Positions 46,449 to 55,532 of a DNA stretch of 64,000 nucleotides are shown one piece after another. How positions within the stretch are numbered: position 1 is the first letter of the stretch; the number at the start of each line of letters is the position of its first letter. The stretch is from positions 805 to 64,804 of the forward strand of contig JAGORN010000001.1 of NCBI GenBank assembly GCA_018062805.1, given 5' to 3'. A program made the position numbers and the translations under genes. The notes below the pieces were generated by a model. The model had not been told where the DNA came from, did not search any database, and saw only the letters and a list, made by a program, of their open reading frames with translations. This DNA comes from Candidatus Saccharimonadota bacterium (GTDB taxonomy: Bacteria; Patescibacteriota; Saccharimonadia; Saccharimonadales; CAIOMD01).

Positions 46449-46829
46449 ATGATAACAGCCAACAGAGAACAACTGACAGTCATTGAAGGCTTGACGGTTT
46501 TCAATGAAGAAATAGCAACAATAGAAAATAAGTCTGAAGCAGATAAATTAGCCCGAGTGGCTATTAGTATGTTTAGTGAACAAGCGGAGCAAGCTTTTTT
46601 AAGTGATGAATATTTGTTCCACTCGTTAAGCTCATTTGTGCTGAAACAAAATCCAGAAACAGGTGCCTTGTCTCAGTGGCGATTTGGCGAGCTTTTACAT
46701 GCAGGAGGCGCAGTTGGCATTGGTTATTTGTCTACAGTGAAAGACGATATTAGGTCGCTTAGCTTACAAGTAGATGCGGCTGGGATTGCTAAACCACCAG
46801 CTAATGAAAACACTGGACCCTTTTTATGA
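46449..46829 (+). CDS. hypothetical protein
   Basis: ORF with TATAAT (46437-46442) 6 nt upstream of ATG 46449. The track ORF starts inside the promoter at GTG 46434. Confidence 0.45.
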   Translation: MITANREQLTVIEGLTVFNEEIATIENKSEADKLARVAISMFSEQAEQAFLSDEYLFHSLSSFVLKQNPETGALSQWRFGELLHAGGAVGIGYLSTVKDDIRSLSLQVDAAGIAKPPANENTGPFL

Positions 46830-46881
46830 AAAAGTCAGTCTACCAATTGAATCGATTATTGAAATAAAGGTAGTTGAATAA

Positions 46882-47820
46882 GTGTCTAAAGAGAATAACA
46901 AAAAGCCGACAAAAAATTGGCGAACCATAGCAACAATTTTAGCGAGCATATTAGCGGCAGGTTTCATTTTGTGGCAAAAAGATTCAATTATCAAAAGTTT
47001 CGACTATATAAAGCAGGCGAGCCCAGAGTGGCTAGCCCTAGCTGTAGTTTTTCATGCACTGTCGGTAGTTTCTGCGGCTGCTGTTTATTGGCAAATTAGT
47101 CTGCGAAAAACAAAGTATTATAATTTGTTAGTTTGCCAAGCAGCTAGTTTATTTACTTCTAGGGTTACACCCGCTGGTGTTGGCGGTTTGGCTACAATGG
47201 GCAAAGTCTTGCAAAATTCTGGCCATAAGGCGGCAGAAATTGGCTTAGTTTTAAGCGCCAATGCTATTGTCACTTTTCTGGGTAACGTTGCGCTGACGCT
47301 GTTTGCTTTACTTATTTCGGGTCGGTCACTAGCCGAAGGTTTTAAAATACCTAAATTTATATTTTTAATACCTTTATTTGTAATAATTATAGCAATCATC
47401 GTCTACACTGTTAAAAGCTTTCGAACTAAGGTGACTAAACTCATTAAAGATATGATTAATACTTTGGGAGAATATAAAACTAAGAAAAAGAACCTATTTT
47501 ATGGTTTTTGCTTTGGCGTATTAACTACTTTTGGCTACATGTTGGCTCTGTGGGCGGCAGGTAATTCAATGGGGGTTCATTTATCTTTCATAGCTACTAT
47601 TGTGACGATATCTCTAGGCACACTCGGAGCGAGTGCTACGCCACTTCCAGGTGGAGTAGTAGGTGCAGAGGCTGCCTTAGCCCTAACTATGACGCAGTTT
47701 GGCGTACCAACTGAGCAAGCCTTGGCTGTCGCATTTGTTTATAGGTTCATAACCTACTGGCTGCCAATATTACCGGGTTACATTATTACCCAGTATGCAC
47801 TGAGGCGCAAAATACTTTAA
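46882..47820 (+). CDS. UPF0104 / flippase-like membrane protein (paralog of the 30521-31567 gene)
   Basis: Polytopic protein with a TPLPGGVVGAEAAL motif near the C-terminus. Confidence 0.62.
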   Translation: MSKENNKKPTKNWRTIATILASILAAGFILWQKDSIIKSFDYIKQASPEWLALAVVFHALSVVSAAAVYWQISLRKTKYYNLLVCQAASLFTSRVTPAGVGGLATMGKVLQNSGHKAAEIGLVLSANAIVTFLGNVALTLFALLISGRSLAEGFKIPKFIFLIPLFVIIIAIIVYTVKSFRTKVTKLIKDMINTLGEYKTKKKNLFYGFCFGVLTTFGYMLALWAAGNSMGVHLSFIATIVTISLGTLGASATPLPGGVVGAEAALALTMTQFGVPTEQALAVAFVYRFITYWLPILPGYIITQYALRRKIL

Positions 47821-47863
47821 AAAAACTTTTTGGTAAAATAAAAAAATAGAGTATCTTGTAAAT

Positions 47864-48370
47864 ATGAGTGAATTTATGGGTTCTGAGAGCTATTGGGATT
47901 CAGACATAGAAACCGCTTTAACCAAAGAAGATGTTAAGGATTTTTCAGAATATTTGAAGGATATAGCTGCTGTTGTCTTGGAAGAGATGATTGACTACTC
48001 TATTGTACCGGGTTCTGTAAGTAGGCGACTAAGTAGCGGACGATTACAGCTTGAAATAAGCGAGGATATAGACTGGCTAGACGAGGCAAGAGATCTTGTC
48101 GATAGTTTCAATACTCAAATTTGCATCAGCGAGGTAGAGGACCTGAAGCAACACGACTACTATGAATATTTGCTTATATCACATACGGTATACGTCGAAA
48201 ATGGCCAACTTAACTACAGATTGAACCATTATCTCATAAATGAGTTCGATGGAGCTTGCAATGAAGTAAAAGATCTGCCAGATAAGACCCCTGGGAAATT
48301 GAAAAAAATGAAAAAGGCTGAAAAACGGGCTTTGTCGGACATAAAAGAGTCCGAGCCCGTGCCTAGTTGA
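47864..48370 (+). CDS. hypothetical acidic protein
   Basis: 168-aa ORF. I recognise no motif. Confidence 0.5.
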   Translation: MSEFMGSESYWDSDIETALTKEDVKDFSEYLKDIAAVVLEEMIDYSIVPGSVSRRLSSGRLQLEISEDIDWLDEARDLVDSFNTQICISEVEDLKQHDYYEYLLISHTVYVENGQLNYRLNHYLINEFDGACNEVKDLPDKTPGKLKKMKKAEKRALSDIKESEPVPS

Positions 48371-48462
48371 GAAAGGTTACAATACCTTAGTAAGTTAATT
48401 GACAAGGTTGTTGAAGAACATGTTGGTTCTGATGCTGAAGACGAGTAATGTAGAATAAATTA

Positions 48463-49026
48463 ATGAACAGAATTTTACCGAAAGAATATAGGCTTGTTCC
48501 TAAAAGCGCAAAAAAAGTATTTGCAGGCGAAATATTCGATATTTACCAATGGAATCAACAGATGTATGACGGCTCGTTAGGGAAGTTCGAAATGGCGAAA
48601 CGAACCGACACTGTTCAAGTACTAGGTATTGATGGCCAGTCACTAATTGTCCTGAACGAACAACAGCCAGACGGCACTAAAAGAGACTTTGGATTACCTG
48701 GTGGGCGGATTGACCCTGAAGATGCCAGCCCGCTAGACGCCGCAAAAAGAGAAATGCTAGAAGAAACTGGCTATAGTTTTAAAAACTGGAAGTTGCTAAA
48801 CGTCAGACAGCCTCAACGCAAAATTGAATGGTTCGTCTATTTATTTGTGGCCTGGGAGTTTGTTGGTATACAGGAACAAAAAATAGATGTAGGCGAGAAA
48901 ATTAAAGTTGTAAAAACGGACTGGCCGACATACCTAAAAAAGGGTAACCCACCGACAATTTACGAAAATAATCTTACAGAGTATAAAAACCTAAGTGGCC
49001 TAATAGAAGCGCCAGAGTTCAAATAA
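48463..49026 (+). CDS. NUDIX hydrolase
   Basis: GGRIDPEDASPLDAAKREMLEETGY fits the Nudix box GX5EX7REUXEEXGU. Confidence 0.85.
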   Translation: MNRILPKEYRLVPKSAKKVFAGEIFDIYQWNQQMYDGSLGKFEMAKRTDTVQVLGIDGQSLIVLNEQQPDGTKRDFGLPGGRIDPEDASPLDAAKREMLEETGYSFKNWKLLNVRQPQRKIEWFVYLFVAWEFVGIQEQKIDVGEKIKVVKTDWPTYLKKGNPPTIYENNLTEYKNLSGLIEAPEFK

Positions 49027-49069
49027 AAGCGATAGACTAATACATAACGAGTTATAAAAATTTTAAAAA

Positions 49070-49564
49070 TTAACTAAGTTCTGGTTCAAACGGGTTAGTT
49101 AAATCGTCTAGGTCACCGAAGTTTTGTTTATCTTGGAGGGCAGTATAAATAGAGTCGATGGCGTGTTGTTCTTGCTCAGAAATTCCATCTACGCTGTCGG
49201 CGGTGGCGTTTGCTATATGTAAAATCAGGTCCTTAAATGGCTCTAGCTTAGAAGGGTCTTTTTTTCTTAGTATGTCGAGCGATGCGTCTATGGCTTGCAG
49301 AACAGGCACTTCCATAGCACCGGCACTTCTTGGTAAGTAGTCTGGTACTCGACTTTTAAAATCTTCTTCATCGCACAGCTCGCGAAAAAATTTATCTCTG
49401 TTGTTTTCTTCATGATGATTAATTATATTTTCGGCAGCTCTTTTAGCCTTCCAGCTTTCAAAAAAGTTCGGTGTTAGTTTTCTGACAAAAAAACCTGTAC
49501 CAATAACAGCGGTTTGCATAGTGTTCCATTCTGGGTAGGTATAGTCTGCTCTGGTAGTGCTCAT
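49070..49564 (-). CDS. hypothetical protein
   Basis: Minus-strand ORF. I prefer Met15 of the track ORF (MSTTRADYTYPEW) because TATACT (49578-49573) lies 8 nt upstream. Confidence 0.5.
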   Translation of the reverse strand: MSTTRADYTYPEWNTMQTAVIGTGFFVRKLTPNFFESWKAKRAAENIINHHEENNRDKFFRELCDEEDFKSRVPDYLPRSAGAMEVPVLQAIDASLDILRKKDPSKLEPFKDLILHIANATADSVDGISEQEQHAIDSIYTALQDKQNFGDLDDLTNPFEPELS

Positions 49565-49643
49565 TACATAAAAGTATAAACCAATATAACTATAGGGAAT
49601 GCACATTTTTAAAATTACCGAAATTTGGTCATAATATAGTTAT

Positions 49644-50948
49644 ATGGGAAAAAAGCGACTACATAAAGAAGAAATAATAAAAATAGAAAAGCTCGTTCAC
49701 GGTGGGCAAGGTCTTGGTGAGGCAGAAAATGGTAAAAAAATTTTTGCTTGGGGAGCATTGCCGGGTGAAACAGTAAAAGTTAAAGTAGTAAAAAATAAAA
49801 AAGACTGGGCAGAAGGCTTCGTTGTAGAGATAATTGAGGCTAGCCCAGATAGAATTGAGCCTGAAGAATCAAACATATATTTAGCAACAAGCCCGTGGCA
49901 GATTTTGAACTACGAAGTCGAGGGTCAATATAAGCAAACAATACTTGCAGAAACCTTCAGACGAGAGGGCTTACAAGTAACATGGAAAGAATTTTACCAG
50001 CCAGCTCAGGCCTTAGGTTACAGAAACAAAATGGAATATAATTTTTGGTATTTTACCGAAACTAAGCAGGTTAGCTTGGCTTTACACCAAAGAGGAAGCC
50101 ACCAAAAAATTGCCGTTAAAGGCAGTATGCTAGCGACTGAGGCCATAAATGAAGCTGGCCAAGCGCTAATTAATTACATAAATGACCAAGGAATTGAGTC
50201 TAGACCTTTAAAAAGCGTTATACTCCGTAGCGACCAGTCTGGAAAGGTTGGCATCTGCCTATTTGTAAATGACCCTGGTGTTGCCTCTGCTTTTAGTGGT
50301 TTTGAATACCCAAATTCTATCTTTGAAATAATTTATTCTAACCCTAAAAGTCCAGCATCTGTAACGACAGAGGTTTTAAAAGAAAGCAATGAAACTTTAG
50401 TAGATAGTTTACTAGGAAAGAGGTTTAAGTATTCAACGAGGTCATTTTTCCAGGTTAATATTCCGGTTTACGAAAAAGTTTTAGAAATAATTGCTCGTGA
50501 AATAAAACTTACGAGCATTAAAAAGGTTGTAGATTTATATAGCGGGGTAGGAAGCATCGGGCTTAGTGTAATTGGCGACAATCATGACCTAACTATGGTA
50601 GAGACAAGCCAAGAAAGTACCGACCAAGCTAAAATCAATATGTTAGGTAGAAAAAATTGCCATGTCGTAACCACCACGGCCGAGGCGGCTTTAGAATATA
50701 TAACAGGTAATGAAGTAATTGTTGTCGACCCGCCCCGAGTTGGTTTACATAAAAAAGTCACCGAAAAACTACTGGATGCCAAGCCACCAAAAATAATTTA
50801 CCTAAGTTGTAATCCGGCCACTCAAGCTAGAGATATAAAGGCACTAGTTAATGGTGGCTATGAAGTCGTTAGCGCCCAAGGCTTCAACTTTTTCCCTCGA
50901 ACCCCCCATATAGAGTCTCTGGTAGTTCTAAAAAAGCATAATAATTAG
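49644..50948 (+). CDS. rlmD: TrmA/RlmD-family RNA (uracil-C5)-methyltransferase with N-terminal TRAM domain
   Basis: TRAM-like N-terminus (IEKLVHGGQGLGE...), DLYSGVGSIGL (SAM motif I), VVDPPRVGL and YLSCNPAT (catalytic Cys). Confidence 0.8.
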   Translation: MGKKRLHKEEIIKIEKLVHGGQGLGEAENGKKIFAWGALPGETVKVKVVKNKKDWAEGFVVEIIEASPDRIEPEESNIYLATSPWQILNYEVEGQYKQTILAETFRREGLQVTWKEFYQPAQALGYRNKMEYNFWYFTETKQVSLALHQRGSHQKIAVKGSMLATEAINEAGQALINYINDQGIESRPLKSVILRSDQSGKVGICLFVNDPGVASAFSGFEYPNSIFEIIYSNPKSPASVTTEVLKESNETLVDSLLGKRFKYSTRSFFQVNIPVYEKVLEIIAREIKLTSIKKVVDLYSGVGSIGLSVIGDNHDLTMVETSQESTDQAKINMLGRKNCHVVTTTAEAALEYITGNEVIVVDPPRVGLHKKVTEKLLDAKPPKIIYLSCNPATQARDIKALVNGGYEVVSAQGFNFFPRTPHIESLVVLKKHNN

Positions 50949-51041
50949 TAAAATTCGCTATTTTATACCCCAGGGGGTTTAAGGTTAAGCTAAAACTTGC
51001 TATAATTATAAATACCATTCTCTACACCCTAAGGAGAAAAA

Positions 51042-51185
51042 ATGATTAAGCTGTTTGCACGTGTAACCCACGTACTCAGCAAGTCATCTTCGGTGGACAT
51101 TGCGGCAAAGCGCGACGAACAGCGCGCTCAGTCAGCGATTCACCATGCACACTGGCTGATTGTAACTCAACGGCCGTACCGCTAA
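51042..51185 (+). CDS. 47-aa small protein in a GC-rich patch
   Basis: Not in the ORF track. TGcTATAAT at 50998-51006 and AAGGAG SD at 51031-51036. My translation is MIKLFARVTHVLSKSSSVDIAAKRDEQRAQSAIHHAHWLIVTQRPYR. I count 55-57% G+C over 51061-51180. Confidence 0.4.
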   Translation: MIKLFARVTHVLSKSSSVDIAAKRDEQRAQSAIHHAHWLIVTQRPYR

Positions 51186-51211
51186 ACTAAGCGGAGTTGT
51201 GTGCGACCTCA

Positions 51212-51340
51212 GAAAAGGTGGGAGCCTACAACAGGCTCCCACCAAAAGGAGAGTGAAAAGTATAACTTCGGCCACAGCGGCTTTCTTGCTAGCGGTGTTA
51301 ACACGCCCTGGCACAAAAACTGAGCCCGTGGCCTTTCACC
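51212..51340 (-). ncRNA. candidate structured small RNA of about 130 nt (class unknown)
   Basis: On the minus strand there is an extended -10, TGgTATTAT, at 51353-51345. Nested long-range pairings follow: GGUGAAAG/CUUUUCAC, GGCCAC/GUGGCC and GGCU/AGCC, with an apical GCGUG-UUAA-CACCGC hairpin. A 10-bp GC-rich hairpin (51243-51217) comes next, followed by UUUU on this strand only. Confidence 0.3.
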
Positions 51341-51412
51341 TAGTATAATACCAACTTTCTTGTAATTTAATCGAAAACATGCTATAGTAATAGCATAAAT
51401 CAGTAAACAAAA

Positions 51413-52279
51413 ATGTCAGAAAATCAACACAACCAAATACCTCAGACGGAGGCTACAACTCCTCAGCTATATAACTGCATTGAAATTATTACCGAAACGG
51501 TTAAAAGTGATGATTACATTTTGAATAGACTAAATAATTTGCAGGCAACTGATATGCAAGATGAGCCCGAAGCCATATATGGTTCTGGGCACAGTATAAG
51601 TGCTTTCATAACACCTGAAGTTAAAATCTATTCAGACGCCATGCTTTTGTCAAAGCCATACCATTTAGACGATGAGTCAATTTACTACGACTTACCAGAG
51701 GCGCTCAAGCTAGTTAAGCAAAAATTTGATAATGAATCTGAGCTTACTCCAGAAGATAGGGCTTTTAATATTGCTCTTTACGCAGTTCACTATGTGCAGT
51801 TCAAGTATTTTAATAACACGGTCGGTGGTAGCCCAAAAGATAGGGCCGGCCTAATGGCTGACATTCTTGACCTAGATGAAGTCGATTTTACTGACGACGA
51901 GGCAATTACTGAAGAAAAAAAAGTGTCTATAAGGGATTTGAAAAATAATGCCATGTGCATGGAGAGGGCAGCAGTCTGTCATAATTTATTTGTTTACTTA
52001 GGAATAGATTCAGTACTCAAAATTGGTGATCTTACTGTTAATGACAACAATGAAAACAGTGAATTTCATGCGTGGGTAGAAATCAAAAAGGCCGATGGTA
52101 CAGTTTATATTTTTGACCCGCAGAACCCACATATAGTTACAAATGAACATGGCCAGCTAGTTGGAGCGAAGCCGTTAGTCTTCAAGATTTCAGATGCTAT
52201 GCATGTGTCTACTCAATGGACTCATAAGAATGGACAAGGAGATGTCATTAGGTCTAACAATCTGTTATATAAAAACTAA
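51413..52279 (+). CDS. transglutaminase-like cysteine protease superfamily protein
   Basis: NAMCMERAAVCHNLFVYLGI...EFHAWVEIKKADGTVYIFDPQN fits the Cys...His...Asp core pattern (C-x-aromatic/L-x-LG-I, HAWVE, DP). Confidence 0.6.
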   Translation: MSENQHNQIPQTEATTPQLYNCIEIITETVKSDDYILNRLNNLQATDMQDEPEAIYGSGHSISAFITPEVKIYSDAMLLSKPYHLDDESIYYDLPEALKLVKQKFDNESELTPEDRAFNIALYAVHYVQFKYFNNTVGGSPKDRAGLMADILDLDEVDFTDDEAITEEKKVSIRDLKNNAMCMERAAVCHNLFVYLGIDSVLKIGDLTVNDNNENSEFHAWVEIKKADGTVYIFDPQNPHIVTNEHGQLVGAKPLVFKISDAMHVSTQWTHKNGQGDVIRSNNLLYKN

Positions 52280-52313
52280 ACTAGCAAACTAATAGGTAGT
52301 ATAATTTAGGTTA

Positions 52314-53561
52314 ATGGCTAAAAATAAGTTTTATTGGGGTGCTAGTACGGCTGCTCATCAGGTAGAGGGTGGGTTAGTTAACCAGTGGACTCAGTGGGAA
52401 CTGGCTCATGCTCATGAACTAGCTAAAACGGCTAGGTCTAGACTTAGTTACTTACCTAATTGGCCAAAAATTAAAGCCGAAGCAACCGACCCTAATAATT
52501 ATGTGTCTGGCGCTGGTGTAGAGCACTTTAAAAGATTCCAAGAAGATTTCGACCTACTAACACAGCTTAATTTGAACAGCTTTCGTTTTACCATTGAATG
52601 GTCCAGGCTAGAACCTAATGAGGGCGAGTGGAATGAAAGTGCTTTTAGGCACTACAAAAACTACATTTTGGAACTAAGAAAAAGAAACATCGAGCCATTT
52701 TTAAATATTTGGCACTGGACGGTACCTGTTTGGTTTGCCGAAAAAGGTGGTTTTGCAAGTAGAGCAAACCTTAAATATTTCGATAGATTCATTCAAAAAG
52801 TGACCAGCGAGTTACTTGATGAAGTCAAGTTTGTAATTACGCTAAATGAACCAAATGTTTATATGGGCATGAGCTACAGCGATGGCGTTTGGCCACCTCA
52901 AGAGAAAAATCGTTTTAAAGCACTTTGGGTTTACAACAATCTGAAAATTGCCCACAAGCGGGCCTATAAAATTATAAAAGCTCATAAACCGGCTGTTCAA
53001 ATAGGGGTTGCCCAGCAAATTGCCAACATCCAGGCTTTTAGACCTGACTTTTGGCTAGACGAGTTAGTAGTTAAAATTATGCGTTACGGTTGGAACTGGT
53101 GGTGGCTTAATAGAATAAAACGGCAAATGGATTTTGTGGGTGTTAATTATTATTTCACCGACTACTACAAAGGTTTCCAAAAAATTAACCCGGCTAAACC
53201 TGTTAGCGACCTCGGCTGGTACATGAACGCCGCCGGAATTTTGCCATTATTGCAACGCATTGCCCATCATTACCCTGGTAAGCCAATAATTATTACCGAG
53301 AACGGGGTGGCCGATGCAGACGATAAATTCCGCAAAGGCTGGTTGGCTGAGACTATGGAGGCTATTGAGACAGCTCAGTCACAAGACATACCAATTATTG
53401 GTTATTTGCACTGGAGTTTACTCGACAATTTTGAGTGGGCCTACGGCTGGTGGCCCAAGTTTGGTTTGGTAGAAGTGGATAGGGCTAACGGTATGAAAAG
53501 AACCATCCGACCCAGTGCCATTTGGTGGGCAAGCTACATACATAAAAACTATATTGACTAA
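52314..53561 (+). CDS. glycoside hydrolase family 1 (beta-glucosidase-like)
   Basis: FYWGASTAAHQVEG, FRFTIEWSRLEP, TLNEPNVY (acid/base Glu), IITENG (nucleophile Glu) and LLDNFEWAYG. Confidence 0.9.
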   Translation: MAKNKFYWGASTAAHQVEGGLVNQWTQWELAHAHELAKTARSRLSYLPNWPKIKAEATDPNNYVSGAGVEHFKRFQEDFDLLTQLNLNSFRFTIEWSRLEPNEGEWNESAFRHYKNYILELRKRNIEPFLNIWHWTVPVWFAEKGGFASRANLKYFDRFIQKVTSELLDEVKFVITLNEPNVYMGMSYSDGVWPPQEKNRFKALWVYNNLKIAHKRAYKIIKAHKPAVQIGVAQQIANIQAFRPDFWLDELVVKIMRYGWNWWWLNRIKRQMDFVGVNYYFTDYYKGFQKINPAKPVSDLGWYMNAAGILPLLQRIAHHYPGKPIIITENGVADADDKFRKGWLAETMEAIETAQSQDIPIIGYLHWSLLDNFEWAYGWWPKFGLVEVDRANGMKRTIRPSAIWWASYIHKNYID

Positions 53562-53608
53562 AAATCTATTTTAGTGTAAAATATAACAATATAAATCGAA
53601 AATAAAAA

Positions 53609-54436
53609 ATGACATGCACCGACCTTGAACCACAATCTAGTAATGTTACCGAAATAAAGACAACGAACGATATCGGAACTCATATTACTCTTGATATGGA
53701 AAGTGCCCATAACTCAGAGAATACCCATAAAGTATGCTTAGTTGTTGGGGGGTTCTTATCTACTGCAGATACTAACAGTCCTTTTAGGAGGGCATTTGTT
53801 GAGGAAGCAGGAATTGACACGGCAACTATGGACTACTCTGAAGTTCCTCTTAGTAAAACTCTTAGAACAGACGAAGTTAGAGTAGAAGATGTAGAGGCGG
53901 CAATTAGAGCGTTAGGTGAACTTAAGTCAGAGATAATAATAGTTGCACATTCAATGGGGGCGGCCATTACCCTTGATACTGTACTTCAGCTTGACGGCGA
54001 GTTAAGAAGTAAAATTAAAGCAATTGTAATGGCTAATGGCGCTGGGCTCATAGAGGACGATGGTTTAAAAATTTTAGCTAGGGTCGCGAAGGCATACAAA
54101 GATGGAAAAGAAAGTGGTAAGGGCTTTGGAGAAAAAGCGTTGGGGAAAAAAAGAACAATTAGGAGCTTAGCATCAAAAGCAATTAGGTTAACCGCTGACG
54201 CAATTAACGCAGCACGCAATAAATCGATACGCGAGATTGAGCGTCTAGCAGATTTAGGTATTCCTGTAATTAATATAGTTTCTCAGTATGATACTGTGTT
54301 CCCCGATGAGCTTGTTCATGAATCTGTCAAAAACTCACCATTTTATGCTCAGGCATCGATGGTTGGTGCTAGTCATTTCACGCCATCTGAAGAGCCCCAG
54401 AAATTGGCTAGAGTCGTGAAGGGAATGTTAGGTTAG
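53609..54436 (+). CDS. alpha/beta-fold hydrolase
   Basis: VAHSMGAA (GxSxG nucleophile elbow) and a C-terminal GASHF (His). Confidence 0.7.
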   Translation: MTCTDLEPQSSNVTEIKTTNDIGTHITLDMESAHNSENTHKVCLVVGGFLSTADTNSPFRRAFVEEAGIDTATMDYSEVPLSKTLRTDEVRVEDVEAAIRALGELKSEIIIVAHSMGAAITLDTVLQLDGELRSKIKAIVMANGAGLIEDDGLKILARVAKAYKDGKESGKGFGEKALGKKRTIRSLASKAIRLTADAINAARNKSIREIERLADLGIPVINIVSQYDTVFPDELVHESVKNSPFYAQASMVGASHFTPSEEPQKLARVVKGMLG

Positions 54437-54486
54437 CTCAGTTCTTAGTAGTGGCGACATAAAGAAAAAAGCGTTAGAGAAATGAC

Positions 54487-54515
54487 TTGACAAAAAAGCT
54501 AATAAGTAGTATAAT
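54487..54515 (+). promoter_or_regulatory. consensus sigma70 promoter TTGACA-17-TATAAT giving a leaderless mRNA
   Basis: TTGACA at 54487-54492, a 17-nt spacer, then TATAAT at 54510-54515. ATG 54524 is only 8 nt downstream. Confidence 0.7.
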
Positions 54516-54523
54516 TGTTGATT

Positions 54524-54751
54524 ATGGAAAATATTAGCACTCAAGATGCAAAAACAGGTCAAAGTCGACAAGATGTCATTGATCGCATAACAGAATCTAG
54601 AGCTTATAAATTATCACCAGCTTTTGCCGCATTAGTAATGGCCGGCGTAGTGGCTATTGGTATTGGCAAAGGGTTGTCCGATGAGAGCAATCACCCCCCT
54701 ACAAAGCCAGATAAGCAAGTTACTGTAGTAATCGAAGACCCAGGTCAATAA
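54524..54751 (+). CDS. hypothetical small membrane protein
   Basis: MENISTQDAK... with one TM helix (FAALVMAGVVAIGIG). Confidence 0.5.
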   Translation: MENISTQDAKTGQSRQDVIDRITESRAYKLSPAFAALVMAGVVAIGIGKGLSDESNHPPTKPDKQVTVVIEDPGQ

Positions 54752-54942
54752 AGCGAGAAATATCATGAATTTATATTACACCGATACACCAATGGGTGGT
54801 TTTTTAGGTATGCTTGATTTTTTGTGTGTACTCATGGTGAAACTTTTTTATCAACCAAACAACTACCTTAAAGTATCCAAAACTCTTGACAAAGGTAGCC
54901 AGGAGGCGTATACCAGGTGCTATATAAGCAAAGGACACAAAA

Positions 54943-55479
54943 ATGTCAGCTGAAAAAATTGAAAATCAACCGGTTTTAGGAGTAATTGAAGTAAGCCCGC
55001 CAAGAATTGACACCGAGCCGGGAGTGCCGATCGATGTTTTACAAGAATTGGAAGAAACATTTGCTGAAGCATCTGCTGGTATAATTGACTTAGTAGAGCC
55101 GAAAGTAGTTGAGGCAGAAAATGAGTTCGATAAAGTGGCAGCCTATTACGATTGGCAAAAACGATGTCAGGAAGCTCGGGCTCTTGGTATTGATGAAAAT
55201 AGTAGTTGGCGAGACATCGAAGCCAAAAAAAGAGAAAATAGCAGAGTGCAAGCTGCTAAAAGCTTAGGTTTGGAGGCAACTGCCTCATATTGGGAAATTG
55301 CTTATCACCAAGACATAGCGAGTAAGCGTAGATTTGCAGAACAACAAAAACGGGGCATACCTGATGAAAAAGACTGGGTTGTTCCTGACCAAGATAAACT
55401 ACGACCTGAATTAGCAAGTAGGATTACAGAGATATATAAAAATTACAATAAACCCAGTAGAACTCGATACGAGGAATAG
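54943..55479 (+). CDS. hypothetical protein
   Basis: 178-aa acidic/helical ORF with an AAGGA SD. Confidence 0.5.
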   Translation: MSAEKIENQPVLGVIEVSPPRIDTEPGVPIDVLQELEETFAEASAGIIDLVEPKVVEAENEFDKVAAYYDWQKRCQEARALGIDENSSWRDIEAKKRENSRVQAAKSLGLEATASYWEIAYHQDIASKRRFAEQQKRGIPDEKDWVVPDQDKLRPELASRITEIYKNYNKPSRTRYEE

Positions 55480-55532
55480 AAAAGGCTCAAGTATCAAGCC
55501 GTTCGTCATATTTTTAAGTATAATAGCTACCA

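Noticed and set aside
48368-48448. In-frame protein-like extension (ERLQYLSKLIDKVVEEHVGSDAEDE) after the TGA stop of the 47864-48370 ORF, as a hint of UGA recoding or read-through
   Set aside because: RF2 is present and every long housekeeping ORF in the window is intact under the standard code with TGA stops. One 25-codon open stretch is compatible with chance or a recent nonsense mutation.
51212-51340. Naming the candidate sRNA as SRP (4.5S) RNA
   Set aside because: An AGG...AGCA pair flanks the apical hairpin, as in helix 8. However, the loop is UUAA rather than GNRA, and the helix expected between the symmetric and asymmetric loops cannot be formed. I left the class unknown.
54765-54953. 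62-aa ORF between 54751 and 54943
   Set aside because: It has no SD or convincing promoter. The region contains promoter-like elements (TTGACA at 54887) and the SD for the 54943 gene. It could still be a small membrane protein, but support is insufficient.
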